Shown here: one piece after another, positions 29,992-39,981 of the stretch
Layout of the letters: every line of letters begins with the position of its first letter
How positions within the stretch are numbered: position 1 is the stretch's first letter
Translations under genes and position numbers: made by a program
Assembly (NCBI GenBank): GCA_036676395.1
Contig: JAKFCY010000002.1
Location: 800,001-864,000 of the forward strand
From: Bdellovibrio sp.
GTDB lineage: Bacteria > Bdellovibrionota > Bdellovibrionia > Bdellovibrionales > Bdellovibrionaceae
DNA: 64,000 bases
Reading direction: 5' to 3'
The notes under the pieces: generated by a model
Databases searched by the model: none
The model's input: the letters and a program-made list of their open reading frames with translations, nothing else
Told to the model about the DNA's origin: nothing

Positions 29992-30801
29992 CTAGGGATT
30001 ACTACACCTACTATTGATAAGCCCAACAACAGATTGGGACCAATCATATCTATCCTCTCTGTTTTCGGAAGAGGGCGGAAAAGAATGGGAAAGTAATTTA
30101 ACACATTCTGGATTTTCGTACACCATACGAAGAGACTTTTTATCATTAAGACTAAGCATGTTTTTTGATCTTACAAATATTAATCCATTCATTGCTGAAT
30201 CTCTATCGTACTCACTCAAAAAAAGTGTAAACAGTGAATAAGGTTCATTTTCTTTAACATCTTTATCTTCAGGATGGATGAATTCATGTCTAAAGCCTGC
30301 GAGATGAAGAAATTCATGTAAAACAGTCTGTTTGGATGGCTCGTTAAAAGCGATTGCTGGAATTTCTCCGAGATCTTTTTTTGACCTTAAGCTTTCAGCG
30401 TCAATTATGCCTTGACCTATGGTTGAAAGCCCAAGCCAAGAAGGAGATTTGCTAAACCACATCTTTTTTTTAATTTTACCGGCCTTTACAATTATTACGT
30501 CATAATTATTCTCTTCAGAACATGGTCTCCACCCATCGAAATGAATGCCTGTTTCATCTTCCGAAAAACTTTGTTCAACAATTTTTTTTAATATAGTCTG
30601 AAAATTCGAAGAGTAGAATTCTGGGTTAAAGCTAAAATTTTCAATGGCATATTCTTTATTTTTAAATTGTGTCTTTTCTAGTTGTTTAAGATCATCTAGA
30701 AAACATACATTGACCTTGCGTTTATTCCACATCGCTTGAGGCTCAATTATCGCAGAAAATGCATTAAGCGATAATAAAATACAAATAAAAGCAATCTTCA
30801 T
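29992..30801 (-). CDS. Secreted metzincin/astacin-like zinc metalloprotease
   Basis: Signal peptide; HEFLHLAGFRHE (HExxHxxGxxH); YDRDSAM Met-turn. Confidence 0.8.
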   Translation of the reverse strand: MKIAFICILLSLNAFSAIIEPQAMWNKRKVNVCFLDDLKQLEKTQFKNKEYAIENFSFNPEFYSSNFQTILKKIVEQSFSEDETGIHFDGWRPCSEENNYDVIIVKAGKIKKKMWFSKSPSWLGLSTIGQGIIDAESLRSKKDLGEIPAIAFNEPSKQTVLHEFLHLAGFRHEFIHPEDKDVKENEPYSLFTLFLSEYDRDSAMNGLIFVRSKNMLSLNDKKSLRMVYENPECVKLLSHSFPPSSENREDRYDWSQSVVGLINSRCSNP

Positions 30802-30865
30802 TTTTTACCACACGCTCATTCAATAAATTGTTTTAAGCCATCGTTTGTTATTAATAATTATAGAA

Positions 30866-30880
30866 GCAAGGTTCATACCT
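30866..30880 (-). promoter_or_regulatory. sigma54-like promoter
   Basis: Minus strand AGGTATGAACCTTGC. Confidence 0.45.
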
Positions 30881-31088
30881 TTCAGTAAGTAATAGAGCGG
30901 TCATAGCTTGCAGTAGCAATTGAAGGAGACGCAATTTGTGTCGTTTTTTAGATTTTTTGGATAAAAGGCAGGCTCATTATGAGATTTGTGGGTAAAAAGA
31001 GTATCTTAATTGGACAGACGATTTTGGTTCTTCCAAAATCGTCTGCAATGGAGCGTGAGCTGTTAATTTTAATAAGGGGTTTTAATCC

Positions 31089-31535
31089 CTAGTATCGACA
31101 AGGTGTGATTGCGTATTTAACCGCACGAACTACAATGTGATTTACATATGAAGTTGATCTCAAGCCCGGAATTTTAAATAATTCTGTATCGGTGCTACCG
31201 TCTATATTTATGCTATACTTTTTGCGGTCAGAAACTCTTTTTTCAATATCTGTACTAATGATTTCACATTCATGATAGCCCGCATAAGACTGATTGTGCC
31301 ATCCTTTAGCGCTAACAAGACCTTCACAATAAGCTTTCGCTTCAACAGCGTCTTTCTGTAAAGAGTTTGTTGCATCTTTTCTTGAGTTATAGAACTGGTT
31401 TGCAACTTCAAGTGGAAGAGTAGAACTCGCAATTTTGCATTTAGCAACATCCGCATCAGCCGACCCTGTGTCACCAGTGCCTGCAAATGAATTTAAAGAC
31501 AGCATCACTAAAACCATTGTTAATACTTTTTTCAT
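31089..31535 (-). CDS. Hypothetical secreted protein
   Basis: GAGGAG SD, signal peptide, GTGDTGSA start, 4 Cys. Confidence 0.78.
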   Translation of the reverse strand: MKKVLTMVLVMLSLNSFAGTGDTGSADADVAKCKIASSTLPLEVANQFYNSRKDATNSLQKDAVEAKAYCEGLVSAKGWHNQSYAGYHECEIISTDIEKRVSDRKKYSINIDGSTDTELFKIPGLRSTSYVNHIVVRAVKYAITPCRY

Positions 31536-31775
31536 AAAATCTCCTCGATTTTTTTGTTAGTGACATCGAGAATCAACCGTTATGGCGGCATCAATGTCTT
31601 TATAAAAGGTTAGTTTTGCATTTTCAAAGCCATGCAGGTCATGCCTAATATCCGTTTAAAGCAACCTTGGGTGTTAGCAATTTAGACAGCTTACACAAAG
31701 TGATTCATATGACCTTGGTAGGGAACATTTTTGTTCGCTTGTTGAAGCGCCCTCCCTCGTGGAAAAATTAGCTCG

Positions 31776-32588
31776 ATGGAAAAGCCTACAATTTTTGATT
31801 ATTTGGATGTTGTTCATTTTTTAAATGCCCACTTTAAATGGCGAAAATTCATTGAAGCTAATTTTACCTATACTTCATGGAGTCATGAACTCGATATTGG
31901 CAGCAAAACAATACTGCGGTTTATATTACAGCGGAAACGAAGAATTTCAGAAAAAACACGTCTGGCTATGCTAGCTAATTTAAAATTAACATATAAAGAA
32001 GCCGCGTATTTCGACCTTCTTATTTCTTATAGTCAGCCCCGATCAGAACCTGAGCGTTTAGCGGCTGGACGACAGCTTATAAATATGCAGCGCGATCAAT
32101 ATACACAACTTGAAGTTCAAGCTGAAACAGCTGCAAGTGATGCTTTAGGCCCTGTTATTTTAACACTTCTGACTTTTCATGATCTTGAAGCAACAACTGA
32201 GGAGTTAGCCCGTATCATGAATGCTGATCAAAATAAAATTCAAATGATCTTGGATAAGTTCGTTCAGTTTAATATTGTAGAATTTAAATCCGATCGCTAT
32301 TGGCTCGATGCAGAAGCCATAAAAATAGCAGACAGTCCAAACTTAGAATCGTTACAAAATTTTCATCGATACTGGTTAGATAGAGGTAAGGAAGCGTTTA
32401 GATTTGATTTTAAAACCCGCAGATTTAGATCGTTGAAGTTTGCGTTAACTGAAGAAGAATTTAATTTGGCTCTTGAAAAAATCAATGAATTTGCGCTATC
32501 CATTTTAAATCAATTTCACACATCCCAGATGAGTGGACGCAGATTGTACATGTTGGAAAATGTTCTTTTTCCGATAACCGACCAATAA
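31776..32588 (+). CDS. TIGR02147/DUF4423-like protein
   Basis: IFDYLD..F..FTY.SW HTH-like N-terminus; FH..W..A...F..R.FRSL..AL C-terminus. Confidence 0.75.
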   Translation: MEKPTIFDYLDVVHFLNAHFKWRKFIEANFTYTSWSHELDIGSKTILRFILQRKRRISEKTRLAMLANLKLTYKEAAYFDLLISYSQPRSEPERLAAGRQLINMQRDQYTQLEVQAETAASDALGPVILTLLTFHDLEATTEELARIMNADQNKIQMILDKFVQFNIVEFKSDRYWLDAEAIKIADSPNLESLQNFHRYWLDRGKEAFRFDFKTRRFRSLKFALTEEEFNLALEKINEFALSILNQFHTSQMSGRRLYMLENVLFPITDQ

Positions 32589-32614
32589 GGTCTTTCCGAC
32601 TGCGCCAATTCAGT

Positions 32615-33349
32615 TTAAATATTTTTTAAAAGTTCACGCGCTCCCTCAATTAAAGTGTCACTCCTTCTAATTTTGAATATCACATTGGTTTTTTCTGTGG
32701 ATAAGATTCTATCAATTCTAAATAATCTTGCGGCCTGACGTAGTTCATCCCAGCATAAGAAGTACCAAACGGGAAATTCTAGATACAATATTTGAGGTTC
32801 TACTAAACGTTCAGTGATTTCGTTTTTGGCAGACTTATATCTAATTTTAATTTTTGTAAAATTAAAAAAACTATCTGTCAGAGCACCTAAAACAGACTGT
32901 CGGGGAGCTGTATAACTTTGAAGTACATGTTCGGATGCGATGTCGCCTACCAATATCCGTTTTCTTATTCTTGAAATGATTTGTTGTTGTTCAATCGGGA
33001 ACGCCGATGAAATTCTATTCTTTATCGAATGTATATTATCTACAAGTATCGGCGACTTGATGGATTCTGTTATTGTCAGTGAAACTAACAAGGTGATGAC
33101 TTCAGAATTATTTAAATGTAACTGATTGAGTCCCCATCGGCCAACAATTGAAATTCCGCCTCCACGACCTCTTTCTGATTCTATGGGCACACCGGTTTCT
33201 TTAAGCTCTGCAAGATCCCGCATGAGCGTGCGATAGCTAATATCAAGCTGGTCACAAAGTCTTTTGCTTGTCCAATAACTTTCAGACCGAAGGCAATCAA
33301 CGATTTGCTCTTGTCTTTCTTTTTTTTCTCTTAAGCTGCCTTTTGCCAT
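32615..33349 (-). CDS. HTH-WYL transcriptional regulator (YafY-like)
   Basis: LDISYRTLMRDL..GVPIESERGRGGG; RLVEP..WYFLCWD..RLFRIDRI. Confidence 0.9.
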   Translation of the reverse strand: MAKGSLREKKERQEQIVDCLRSESYWTSKRLCDQLDISYRTLMRDLAELKETGVPIESERGRGGGISIVGRWGLNQLHLNNSEVITLLVSLTITESIKSPILVDNIHSIKNRISSAFPIEQQQIISRIRKRILVGDIASEHVLQSYTAPRQSVLGALTDSFFNFTKIKIRYKSAKNEITERLVEPQILYLEFPVWYFLCWDELRQAARLFRIDRILSTEKTNVIFKIRRSDTLIEGARELLKNI

Positions 33350-33368
33350 ACTACTGACTATAGCACAA

Positions 33369-33389
33369 ATGTGCCAAATAGTGGCATAT
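33369..33389. promoter_or_regulatory. Putative operator of the WYL regulator
   Basis: ATGTGCCA-aatag-TGGCATAT inverted repeat between divergent genes. Confidence 0.6.
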
Positions 33390-33423
33390 ATTGTCATATA
33401 ATTGTCTGAAAAGGAGAGGTGTA

Positions 33424-34368
33424 ATGTTTAATCCAAAAAATTTTCCAAATTCCACTATTGTTTCAGTCAATGATATTGAGCTTGAGGTCTTTGAAGCCGG
33501 CCAGCAAAATATAGGAAGGCCTATTGTGCTCTGTCATGGTTGGCCAGAGCATGCTTTTTCATGGCGATTTCAAATTCCTGCCTTGGTGGCCGCAGGCTAT
33601 CATGTCATAGTGCCAAACCAGCGAGGTTATGGTAACTCCTCTCGTCCATCGGAAGTAGCAGCCTATGATATCGAAAACTTATCGGCCGATCTCGTCGCAC
33701 TTCTTGATCACTACGGGTATGAAAAAGCCATTTTTGTAGGTCATGATTGGGGCGCGATGGTTGTCTGGGGGCTGACGTTATTGCATCCAGAGCGGGTAGA
33801 CAAGGTGATAAACTTGGCCTTACCTTATCAAGCGCGCGGAGAAAAACCTTGGCTTGAGCTCATGGAACAATTTCTTGGCGGCGACTACTATTTTGTTCAC
33901 TTCAATCGACAGCCAGGCATCGCGGACGCGATTTTAGAAGAAAATACTTCTCAGTTTATTCGTAATATTTTTCGCAAGAATGTACCTGCTGCACCGCCTG
34001 AGCCGGGTATGATGATGATCAATCTTGCCAGGTCTGAATCACCACTTGGTGAACCCATAATGAACGACAGCGCATTGGCTGTTTTTGTATCGGCCTTTAA
34101 AGCCTCAGGGTTCACAGGCAGCATAAACTGGTATAGGAACCTCGACCGCAATTGGCATTTATTAGCAAATGTAAACCCAATTATCCAACAGCCTACACTC
34201 ATGATCTATGGCAGCCGTGATTTGATCCCAAAGTCTGACAACCTGACCGAGTTCGTGCCTAATGTGAAAGAAGTCAGTCTGAATTGTGGTCACTGGATTC
34301 AGCAAGAAATGCCGGAAGAAACAAACCGAGTAATTTTAAATTGGTTAGAGCAGCAGGGGGCTCCCTAG
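33424..34368 (+). CDS. Epoxide hydrolase-type alpha/beta hydrolase
   Basis: HGWPE, RGYGNS, GHDWGA, NWYR, GHWIQQE; AGGAG SD. Confidence 0.92.
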   Translation: MFNPKNFPNSTIVSVNDIELEVFEAGQQNIGRPIVLCHGWPEHAFSWRFQIPALVAAGYHVIVPNQRGYGNSSRPSEVAAYDIENLSADLVALLDHYGYEKAIFVGHDWGAMVVWGLTLLHPERVDKVINLALPYQARGEKPWLELMEQFLGGDYYFVHFNRQPGIADAILEENTSQFIRNIFRKNVPAAPPEPGMMMINLARSESPLGEPIMNDSALAVFVSAFKASGFTGSINWYRNLDRNWHLLANVNPIIQQPTLMIYGSRDLIPKSDNLTEFVPNVKEVSLNCGHWIQQEMPEETNRVILNWLEQQGAP

Positions 34369-34402
34369 AACTTTTGCTCAGTATTTGTAAAACGTAATTC
34401 TT

Positions 34403-34430
34403 AGAGGAGGCCTTTTGGCTTCCTCTTTTT
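34403..34430 (+). terminator. Rho-independent terminator
   Basis: AGAGGAGGCC-tttt-GGCTTCCTCT-TTTT. Confidence 0.8.
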
Positions 34431-34601
34431 ATTTGTGCTTAAATGTTTTATAAACTGTCAAATTAGTTAGCGCTCCTCTCGTTGTGATACTCATTTTTTT
34501 CAAAAATTCGACTTATCTGAACACCTGCATTATTCTTAATAAAACGATAGAGCGCAGGATGTGATCTGTTATTGGCCTATCAAAAAAAAGGAGTTTTAAA
34601 A

Positions 34602-35414
34602 ATGGGTACGCCAAAGGGTTTTAGTAAATTAACGTATGCGACCACACTGTTATTAGTAACAGTTATGGCCGGGTGTTCGGTTGGTCCAGAAGAGGGCGAA
34701 GGCGAAAGTACATCGAGTATGGAAATCGGTTACGGTTATTCTTCGATGGCCAGCGCTTACAAAATCGGTGTTGAAGATGCAACAGTGCAGGATTTAATTC
34801 CGCATAAAGTTGCGTGTCCTTCGCAAAAAAATGGTAAACACCAAGATCAGATCTGTATTCAGATTTGTCATGTTCCTCCGGGAAATCCAGACAACTCGCA
34901 CGATAAGGTACTTCCGCTTTCAGCGATTAAAGCTCACTTAGGCCACGGTGATTATTTAGGCCGTTGTGATGCTTCAGTTGGCGAACTTCCAGTAGATGAA
35001 GGTTCTGGTGGTGGTACGACAGATGATGGTAATACAGGTGGCACAACAGATGATTCTTCTTCAGGTGATCCTTCGTCGGGTACGACAACAACAGATGATG
35101 GTTCAACAGGTGGTGAGACCTTACCAACTGACCCTTCAACTGAAGACCCTTCTTCTGGAGACGGGCCAACAGGTGATTCGATATCTGGTGGATCTACTGA
35201 TGAATCGGTTCCTGATTCAGGAAGTTCATCTGGTGGGGATTCATCTTCGGGTGGTGAAACTTTTCCTGACGAGGGCACTGGTGGCAGTGTCGACGACGGC
35301 GCAGGTGATAGTGCAGATGGCAGTACAGAAGTTCCAAATTTCTGCGTGCCGTATTTTGACATCGATCAAAACTGCGATGGATTTAACGACAGCACCGGAA
35401 TGCCGTATTTATAA
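34602..35414 (+). CDS. Lipoprotein with His/Cys mini-domain and acidic G/S/D/T linker
   Basis: MAGC lipobox; ICHVPPGNPDN..AHLGHGDYLGRC; DIDQNCDG tail. Confidence 0.8.
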   Translation: MGTPKGFSKLTYATTLLLVTVMAGCSVGPEEGEGESTSSMEIGYGYSSMASAYKIGVEDATVQDLIPHKVACPSQKNGKHQDQICIQICHVPPGNPDNSHDKVLPLSAIKAHLGHGDYLGRCDASVGELPVDEGSGGGTTDDGNTGGTTDDSSSGDPSSGTTTTDDGSTGGETLPTDPSTEDPSSGDGPTGDSISGGSTDESVPDSGSSSGGDSSSGGETFPDEGTGGSVDDGAGDSADGSTEVPNFCVPYFDIDQNCDGFNDSTGMPYL

Positions 35415-35438
35415 TAATGAACTGTAAAAGATAAATTC

Positions 35439-35473
35439 AAAGCTTCGAATCTAATTTAGGTTCGAAGCTTTTT
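35439..35473. terminator. Terminator hairpin between convergent genes
   Basis: AAAGCTTCGAATCTA...TAGGTTCGAAGCTTTTT. Confidence 0.8.
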
Positions 35474-35483
35474 GGTATTTTAA

Positions 35484-35828
35484 TCAGCTCCATTCGACTC
35501 CCCATTTTGCCAAGGCCTCGACAACACCTTTTAGTGCCAATCCTTTTTTGGTTAAAGAGTATTCGACGCGTGGAGGGATTTCTGCATATATTTTTTTCGT
35601 AACTATTTTTGCTTTTTCAAGTTGGCGTAGTCGATCAGTCAAGGTCTTGGGATTTAGATCGCCTAGTGATCTTTTCAGTTCTCCAAACCTTTTTGTTCCA
35701 CTAAGAAGGTCTCGCAAAACAAGAATTGTCCACTTTCCATCGAGCGCTTCTAAAGTTTTCCTGACAGGACAGTCTGGATTACATGCGTCATCAAAATTAT
35801 TTTTATTTTTTTTTGCTAAAGATTTCAC
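35484..35828 (-). CDS. HxlR-family transcriptional regulator
   Basis: CPVRKTL..GKW..RFGEL..PPRVEYSLT. Confidence 0.92.
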   Translation of the reverse strand: MKSLAKKNKNNFDDACNPDCPVRKTLEALDGKWTILVLRDLLSGTKRFGELKRSLGDLNPKTLTDRLRQLEKAKIVTKKIYAEIPPRVEYSLTKKGLALKGVVEALAKWGVEWS

Positions 35829-35934
35829 TGTTTATTACCTTTCCTTCCACATAGTTACTTTTTTACTACTACTTTAAAATATAATCAAAGATCTCTAATA
35901 TAACTGTAACAGGTTATAACCAGGAGAACCACAT

Positions 35935-36516
35935 ATGAAGTTCAAATTTCAATTAACCACTCTTATTTTAGGAGTGGCTTTTGCCCTAGGGGCGATTCAA
36001 GTTCATGCAGCAGAAATTTCGGTTGAGACTGATCCCGCAACATTTGCATTCGAAGGCTACGCCGGGCATGTAAGGATTCAACCAGACGGTTCTCCGTGGG
36101 TTATTAGTTTGGGTGCCTACTCTCTTAAATTTCCTGGTATTATGCGAAAACTTGTAATTGAGCCCTCGTCTGACAGTATAAACCTTAAACTCGACTCAGG
36201 GGTGGGGCTGTTTGTGGATCGCTATTGGTCTGCAGCAAAAAATGAAGGCTTTTTTACAGGAGCTCAGGTTGCGCATCACAATCTAACCGTCAGTGACAAA
36301 AATGCACCGGGCAGTGAATCTAAATACAAAGCTGTGATTGTTATGCCTAGGATGGGATATCGTTGGAACATAGGAAATAGCGGATTTTACCTTTTGCCTT
36401 GGGCGGGGCTTGGCTTTGTTTCTACAATTGGAGATGATCCAAAAATTGGAAACCAAACTTACTCTGCAAAAAAAATGCTGCCATTTGGAACCCTTCATCT
36501 TGGTTATCAGTTTTGA
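35935..36516 (+). CDS. Putative small outer-membrane beta-barrel protein
   Basis: Signal peptide, GYRW, C-terminal LGYQF. Confidence 0.7.
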   Translation: MKFKFQLTTLILGVAFALGAIQVHAAEISVETDPATFAFEGYAGHVRIQPDGSPWVISLGAYSLKFPGIMRKLVIEPSSDSINLKLDSGVGLFVDRYWSAAKNEGFFTGAQVAHHNLTVSDKNAPGSESKYKAVIVMPRMGYRWNIGNSGFYLLPWAGLGFVSTIGDDPKIGNQTYSAKKMLPFGTLHLGYQF

Positions 36517-37583
36517 AAGTGCTGAAGCGGGTAAGTCTAGCTATGAGTTTTCTTGGTTTTTTTGGTTGTGTTTCGACTGGCCAGAAAGTTTCGGATCACT
36601 TTGACGGCAAAAAATTCTTTTATAAAGACGCTCCAGCACAGAAAAGTTTTTTTGATCTCTTCAAATGGCAAATGACAGGAGAGAAATCCAAGTGGCCAGA
36701 ATGGATCAACGATAATGCTCAACCTGATCTGCAAACCCATGTCGAAAAAGGAACGGCTTGGATTACTTATATTAATCATGCAACTCATTTGATCCAGTTA
36801 AATAATTTGAATATTTTAACGGATCCTATATTTTCCGAACGAGCCAGCCCATACAGATGGGTTGGTCCCAAGCGCATTCGGCACCCCGGAATTCATTTCA
36901 ATGATCTGCCAAAAATCGATGTCGTTATTCTAAGCCACAATCACTATGATCACATGGACTTACAGTCGATCTCTGAACTAGAAAGAAAATTTAGGCCACT
37001 TTTTTTAGTTCCATTGGGAAATGCAAGTCTTCTTAAAGAATCTGGAGCCACAAATGTGCATGAATTGGATTGGTGGGAATCCAAAAGAGTTGGAGATAAC
37101 CAAGATGAGATTTTTTTAACACCTCTTCATCATTGGAGTGCGCGCGGGCTTTTTGATCAAAATGAGAGTCTATGGGGCGGGTACGTCATTCGATCAGCTG
37201 AATTAAAACTATTTTTTGGGGGAGATTCTGCCTACGGACCTTTTTTTAAGGAAGTCTATAGTAGATTCGGTGCGATGGATGTCTCCATAATTCCAATTGG
37301 AGCTTATGAGCCTCGTTGGTTTATGAAGGACCAGCATTTAAACCCTGATGAAGCTGTTCAGGTTCATCTTGATTTGAAGTCTCGATTGAGTATTGCAACT
37401 CACTTTGGAACATTTCCACTAACTGATGAGGGATACGATCAGCCCGTTATTGATTTGCAGGCCGCTTTGTTAAAATTGAATATTTCAAACCATGAATTTG
37501 TTGCTACGAAAAATGGCGGCACAGTTTATTTTCGTAGAAATCTTAGTTTAGGGAAGCAATCAAAACTGCGATGGATTCAATGA
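36513..37583 (+). CDS. MBL-fold hydrolase (NAPE-PLD/RomA-like)
   Basis: LTDPIFS, SHNHYDH, HWSARG, PIGAYEPRWF, HFGTF. Confidence 0.92.
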   Translation: MKVLKRVSLAMSFLGFFGCVSTGQKVSDHFDGKKFFYKDAPAQKSFFDLFKWQMTGEKSKWPEWINDNAQPDLQTHVEKGTAWITYINHATHLIQLNNLNILTDPIFSERASPYRWVGPKRIRHPGIHFNDLPKIDVVILSHNHYDHMDLQSISELERKFRPLFLVPLGNASLLKESGATNVHELDWWESKRVGDNQDEIFLTPLHHWSARGLFDQNESLWGGYVIRSAELKLFFGGDSAYGPFFKEVYSRFGAMDVSIIPIGAYEPRWFMKDQHLNPDEAVQVHLDLKSRLSIATHFGTFPLTDEGYDQPVIDLQAALLKLNISNHEFVATKNGGTVYFRRNLSLGKQSKLRWIQ

Positions 37584-37637
37584 CAGCAGATGATGGCCTT
37601 TTGCCTCATTTGCCGCAGCTCAGTCGTAGTTTGATAG

Positions 37638-37652
37638 TGGCTCAGACTTTGC
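37638..37652 (+). promoter_or_regulatory. sigma54-like promoter
   Basis: TGGCTCAGACTTTGC. Confidence 0.55.
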
Positions 37653-37668
37653 AATTTCTATTGTCACG

Positions 37669-39576
37669 ATGTTAAGAAAAAATCATGACAACTTACATAT
37701 GCAGCACAATGAAAAAGATCACTTTAAGGCTTTATCTCAAGTTGTGCCTGTAGGTATTTTCTTTGCTGATCAGCAAGGTATCTGCACCTATGCCAATGAT
37801 AAGTGGCTGGATATTTCGGGCCTGCAGTTGCGCGATGTGCTTAACAAGAATTGGTTAAAATTCATTCACCCTGACGATCAGACAAAAATTTCTAAAGCTT
37901 GGCAGATTGCCACCCGTAGGCAAATTCCTTTTCAACAAGAGTTTCGCTTACTTCATTCTAATAACGAAATTACTTGGGTTAATGTGCAAGCAAATCCTTT
38001 AAAAGATCAGGCAGGTTCTATTCGCTATGCCGGGGTCTTAAGTGAAATTAGTGAACGCATGAAAGAGCAAGAGATTTCTCGTGAAAATGCAGAACGCTTC
38101 ACGAATGCTTTTGAGTATGCGTCGATTGGGATGGCGTTAATTTCAATCGAGGGCGGCTGGCTCAAGGTTAATCAAACGGTCTGTGATTTATTGGGTTACA
38201 CGAAGTCAGAATTAATGCATTTAACTTTTCAACAAATTACTCATCCAGATGATCTGGCTCAGGATCTGGATTATGTGCACATGCTACTCGATGGTAAAAT
38301 TAAAAGCTATGGCTTGGAAAAACGCTATTTTACCAAATCCGGAAAAACTGTTTGGGCTCATTTAAGTGTTTCACTCGTGCGCAATCAAAAAGGTGAGCCA
38401 CTTTATTTTATTTCTCAGATAGAAGATATTTCTGATCGCAAACGCATGGAAGAAGAGCTTAGAAAAAATGAGCAGCGATTACTTATGGCCACAACCTCGG
38501 CTCAACTTGGGGTTTGGGATTTCGATTTAGAAGCAAATAGACTTGAGTGGAATGATCAGATGTACGCACTTTATGGTGTAAAACGAGAAGATTTTCAGCC
38601 CTCGTTTGAAGGCTGGAAAAAAAGTCTGCATCCAGATGACATGAGCCGCAGTATTCAGGATTTTCAGGCCTCTTTAAGTGGCGAAAAATTTAATTCAGAG
38701 TTTAGGGTTGTGTGGCCGAACGGAACCATAAGAAATATCAAAGCTATGGCTGGGCTTGTGCGCAATGCTCAAGGGGTTGCAACGCGGGTGACGGGGATCA
38801 ATCAAGATATTACCGAAGATAAAAGAGCCATGGAAAGACTAAAAGAATTAAATGAATATCTTGAAGAAGCCCGTAATGTTGCAGAAAAAGCGACCGTGTT
38901 AAGATCACGTTTTCTGGATATAGCGGCGCACGAACTACGCACACCAGTAACGGCATTTAATCTCATCTTGCAAATTGCGCAAAAGAAACTTGAAAAAGGC
39001 CAGCAAGTTGGCGCTGAAGTTTTAACGCGTCTTCAGATGCAGGGTGATCGTATCGCCCGATTGGTTGTAGATCTTTTGGATGTCTCAAGGCTTGAACGAG
39101 GAGTGCTGCAAATCAAGCGCGAGCCGGTGGATATATCGAATCTTATTATTAACTGCATGAATGAAAATAAGCTGAGATATCCAAATCGAGAGATCGTGTT
39201 CGCGCAAATAAAACCAGTGGTGATTAAAATTGATCCGATTAGGATTTATCAGGTGATTTCAAATTTATTGGACAATGCCTGTAAATATACGCCAGAAAAT
39301 TCTCCGATCGAAATATCTGTAAAAGATGAGCCTCATGGCGTGACTGTATCTGTAAGTGATCATGGTCCTGGTATTCCAGAAGCCCAGAAAGAAAGTTTAT
39401 TCACCATTTTTTCGCGCGGTTCGACTGAGTTGGTCGAGCGATCAGGTGGGCTTGGATTAGGGTTATTTATTTGCCAATCCCTTGTAGAACTTCATCAAGG
39501 AAAAATCGCTGTCACTAGCCAAATTGGTCAAGGAAGTACTTTTTCTTTCGAGCTTCCAAGAGAGGAAGCCTTATGA
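37669..39576 (+). CDS. Cytoplasmic triple-PAS sensor histidine kinase
   Basis: Three HPDD PAS repeats, AHELRTP, NLLDNACKY, GLGLGL. Confidence 0.92.
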   Translation: MLRKNHDNLHMQHNEKDHFKALSQVVPVGIFFADQQGICTYANDKWLDISGLQLRDVLNKNWLKFIHPDDQTKISKAWQIATRRQIPFQQEFRLLHSNNEITWVNVQANPLKDQAGSIRYAGVLSEISERMKEQEISRENAERFTNAFEYASIGMALISIEGGWLKVNQTVCDLLGYTKSELMHLTFQQITHPDDLAQDLDYVHMLLDGKIKSYGLEKRYFTKSGKTVWAHLSVSLVRNQKGEPLYFISQIEDISDRKRMEEELRKNEQRLLMATTSAQLGVWDFDLEANRLEWNDQMYALYGVKREDFQPSFEGWKKSLHPDDMSRSIQDFQASLSGEKFNSEFRVVWPNGTIRNIKAMAGLVRNAQGVATRVTGINQDITEDKRAMERLKELNEYLEEARNVAEKATVLRSRFLDIAAHELRTPVTAFNLILQIAQKKLEKGQQVGAEVLTRLQMQGDRIARLVVDLLDVSRLERGVLQIKREPVDISNLIINCMNENKLRYPNREIVFAQIKPVVIKIDPIRIYQVISNLLDNACKYTPENSPIEISVKDEPHGVTVSVSDHGPGIPEAQKESLFTIFSRGSTELVERSGGLGLGLFICQSLVELHQGKIAVTSQIGQGSTFSFELPREEAL

Positions 39577-39932
39577 AAAAAACCATTATGATCATCGAAG
39601 ATGAAAGCGACATTCGCTCATCGTTAAAAGAAATTTTAGAGCTTGTCGGCTACAATGTATTGACCGCAGAAAATGGATTAGACGCCTTAAATATTTTGAA
39701 AGCCTCTGTGACGCCCAATTTGATTCTTCTGGATATGAAAATGCCTGTGATGAATGGTTGGGAATTTGCCGACCAGTTTCGCAAAACTTACGATCACAAG
39801 TCACCGATTGTAGTTGTGACGGCTGCCGCTGATAGTGAACAAAGGGCAAAAGATATTAACGCTATAGGCTGGATATCTAAACCTTTTGAGCTGGACATGC
39901 TTCTTAAAAAAATCAAAGAATGCGAAAATTAG
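39573..39932 (+). CDS. Single-domain response regulator
   Basis: IEDE, LDMKMPVMNG, KPF. Confidence 0.92.
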   Translation: MKKTIMIIEDESDIRSSLKEILELVGYNVLTAENGLDALNILKASVTPNLILLDMKMPVMNGWEFADQFRKTYDHKSPIVVVTAAADSEQRAKDINAIGWISKPFELDMLLKKIKECEN

Positions 39933-39981
39933 AAGAGCATTCCAATTGACGGAAAAATAAAGACATGTTTAGTATTAAAGC

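Noticed and set aside
29859..30146. ORFs overlapping the tRNA genes (also 54072-54314)
   Set aside because: Spurious frames across tRNA sequence
31015..31045. 13-bp hairpin CAGACGATTTTGG/CCAAAATCGTCTG
   Set aside because: Single copy downstream of the 31089-31535 gene; most simply a terminator or stability hairpin
34927..35427. Alternative-frame and antisense ORFs in the acidic linker
   Set aside because: Shadows of low-complexity coding DNA
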